Of a DNA stretch of 64,000 nt, positions 62,727 through 64,000 are shown one piece after another. The stretch is from Ostrea edulis (lineage: Eukaryota): assembly GCF_947568905.1 (NCBI RefSeq), contig NC_079169.1, forward strand, positions 10,354,001-10,418,000, given 5' to 3'. Position 1 is the stretch's first letter; each line of letters starts with the position of its first letter. The translations under genes and the position numbers were made by a program. A model generated the notes under the pieces. The model was not told where the DNA came from. It did not search any database and saw only the letters and a list, made by a program, of their open reading frames with translations.

Positions 62727-63555
62727 CAGTAAAACTCGAATATAGTGAACACGGATATAGCGAAATTACGGCCATAGCGAAGTGAAAACGATTTCCCCGG
62801 CAAATTCTTTATATATTCTATATAAAAATCTGCGTCTATAACGAATAGGGATCTAGCGAATTTACGGATATAGCGAAGTAAATTCCTATTACCCTTGAAT
62901 TAAAACTGAACGTAAAAATCACCTTTTATAACAAATTTATTTTTTTCATTTTAAACTCTTTGTGATTTTTAACAATCGTTTTCCATTGACATAAAGGATT
63001 CACACTTATTACAAAATTTCCGTTTGTTTTTTTTTTTTAAAAAGGTTGTTAACGCAAAACAATACTTACACATACGTTTAGGAAATATATTGTCGGTATT
63101 GTTTACTATTCTCGTTAATTAAATTTGAAGTTTGATTGCATTTATTTTATCGTACACTCCTTTATTTGTGTAAAACAACAAGTATATGACAATTGCAATA
63201 GACTGTACATGTATGTATTGCGCAAAATTGTGTTGACATTTCTCTCTCGACATGTTCTTGCATGACTTAATAATCCATCAAGATAAATTATCATATATAA
63301 ATCAATGTGTATATTTCTTGTATAAAAATATTTCTTCTCAAAAATATATAGGCTTTATTTCTCTTAAAGACAATACAAACGCAAGTATATCGATTGCTGC
63401 TTTCTTATATAACTGTTATACATGTAGAACAAATCAGTTTTAGAACGAATTCGTTATATTTGAATTATGAATTTGCTATAAACATATAGCGAATTACGCT
63501 TATAGCGAATTTTTATAGAGGGTCCCAAGAAATTCGCTATATCAGAGTTTTACTG
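62727..63555. mobile_element. Tc1/mariner (pogo-like) MITE, TA target duplication
   Basis: ta|cagtaaaactcgaatatagtgaa ... ttcgctatatcagagttttactg|ta; subterminal tatagcgaa repeats. Confidence 0.8.
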
Positions 63556-63789
63556 TATACACTTAATAGTAAGTAACATGAAGCTATTTTTTAAAATCCA
63601 TTGCTTACTCTAATATAAAAACATACATGTACATGAGAAAGAAAAGGTAACTCATGCTACAGTCAACATTGAAAGGAAAGATAACTCATGCTTCACCCAA
63701 GTAAAAAAAAACCTGCCTCCCTTATCAAAATTTCAGGTCTGAGAAACTATTATTAATTTTTTTTTTTTTGTTTTTTTTTTTGGACCTAA

Positions 63790-63925
63790 TGCAATGCATG
63801 CATTTACTTTTATCAGATTGCGTATTAATTAATACTGTGCATTTACATTTATCAGACTGCGTATTAATACTGTGCATTTACATTTATCGGACTGCGTATT
63901 AATATGGCGCATTTACATTTATCAT
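63790..63925. repeat. 35-bp minisatellite, ~4 copies
   Basis: tgcatttacatttatcagactgcgtattaatactg. Confidence 0.85.
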
Positions 63926-64000
63926 ATACTTGGTAATGATAATGCAGATTCTGCAGTACGTGATATGGGTGACATCACTATCAACGACTGGTCCAAAAAT

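Noticed and set aside
63946-64000. Possible exon at the window edge (DSAVRDMGDITINDWSKN)
   Set aside because: Truncated by the window, and the phase is incompatible with the last CEP70 exon found.

Overview
Eukaryotic, AT-rich, repeat-dense genomic DNA; the repeat families look bivalve (oyster-like), which is inference. By hand-splicing I can reconstruct four spliced protein-coding genes. (1) A minus-strand 12-exon CBM39+GH16 beta-1,3-glucanase (3713-11163) with an intact EIDLME catalytic motif but an apparent +1/-1 indel pair and two in-frame TGA codons in exon 9. (2) A plus-strand 6-exon small secreted protein (20475-25419) with a histidine-brace/LPMO-like signature: mature His1, His59 and a C-terminal FYQCAD. 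(3) FAIM (minus, 29630-31619). (4) CEP70 (plus, 35455 to at least 57679), head-to-head with FAIM. A probable signal-peptide first exon of a fifth gene lies at 1215-1263 (minus). Intergenic and intronic space holds Penelope-like RT fragments, tRNA-derived SINEs, Helentron/pearl-like satellite-carrying elements, many MITEs, a decayed LINE and more than 15 minisatellites. Most striking observations: the LPMO-like protein beside a glucanase; two minimal hammerhead ribozymes, one in sense inside the glucanase intron; and tandem repeats repeatedly seeded exactly on 5' splice donors, creating arrays of duplicate donors and candidate in-frame microexons. No database searches were run; family assignments come from recognised motifs, and repeat boundaries are approximate.
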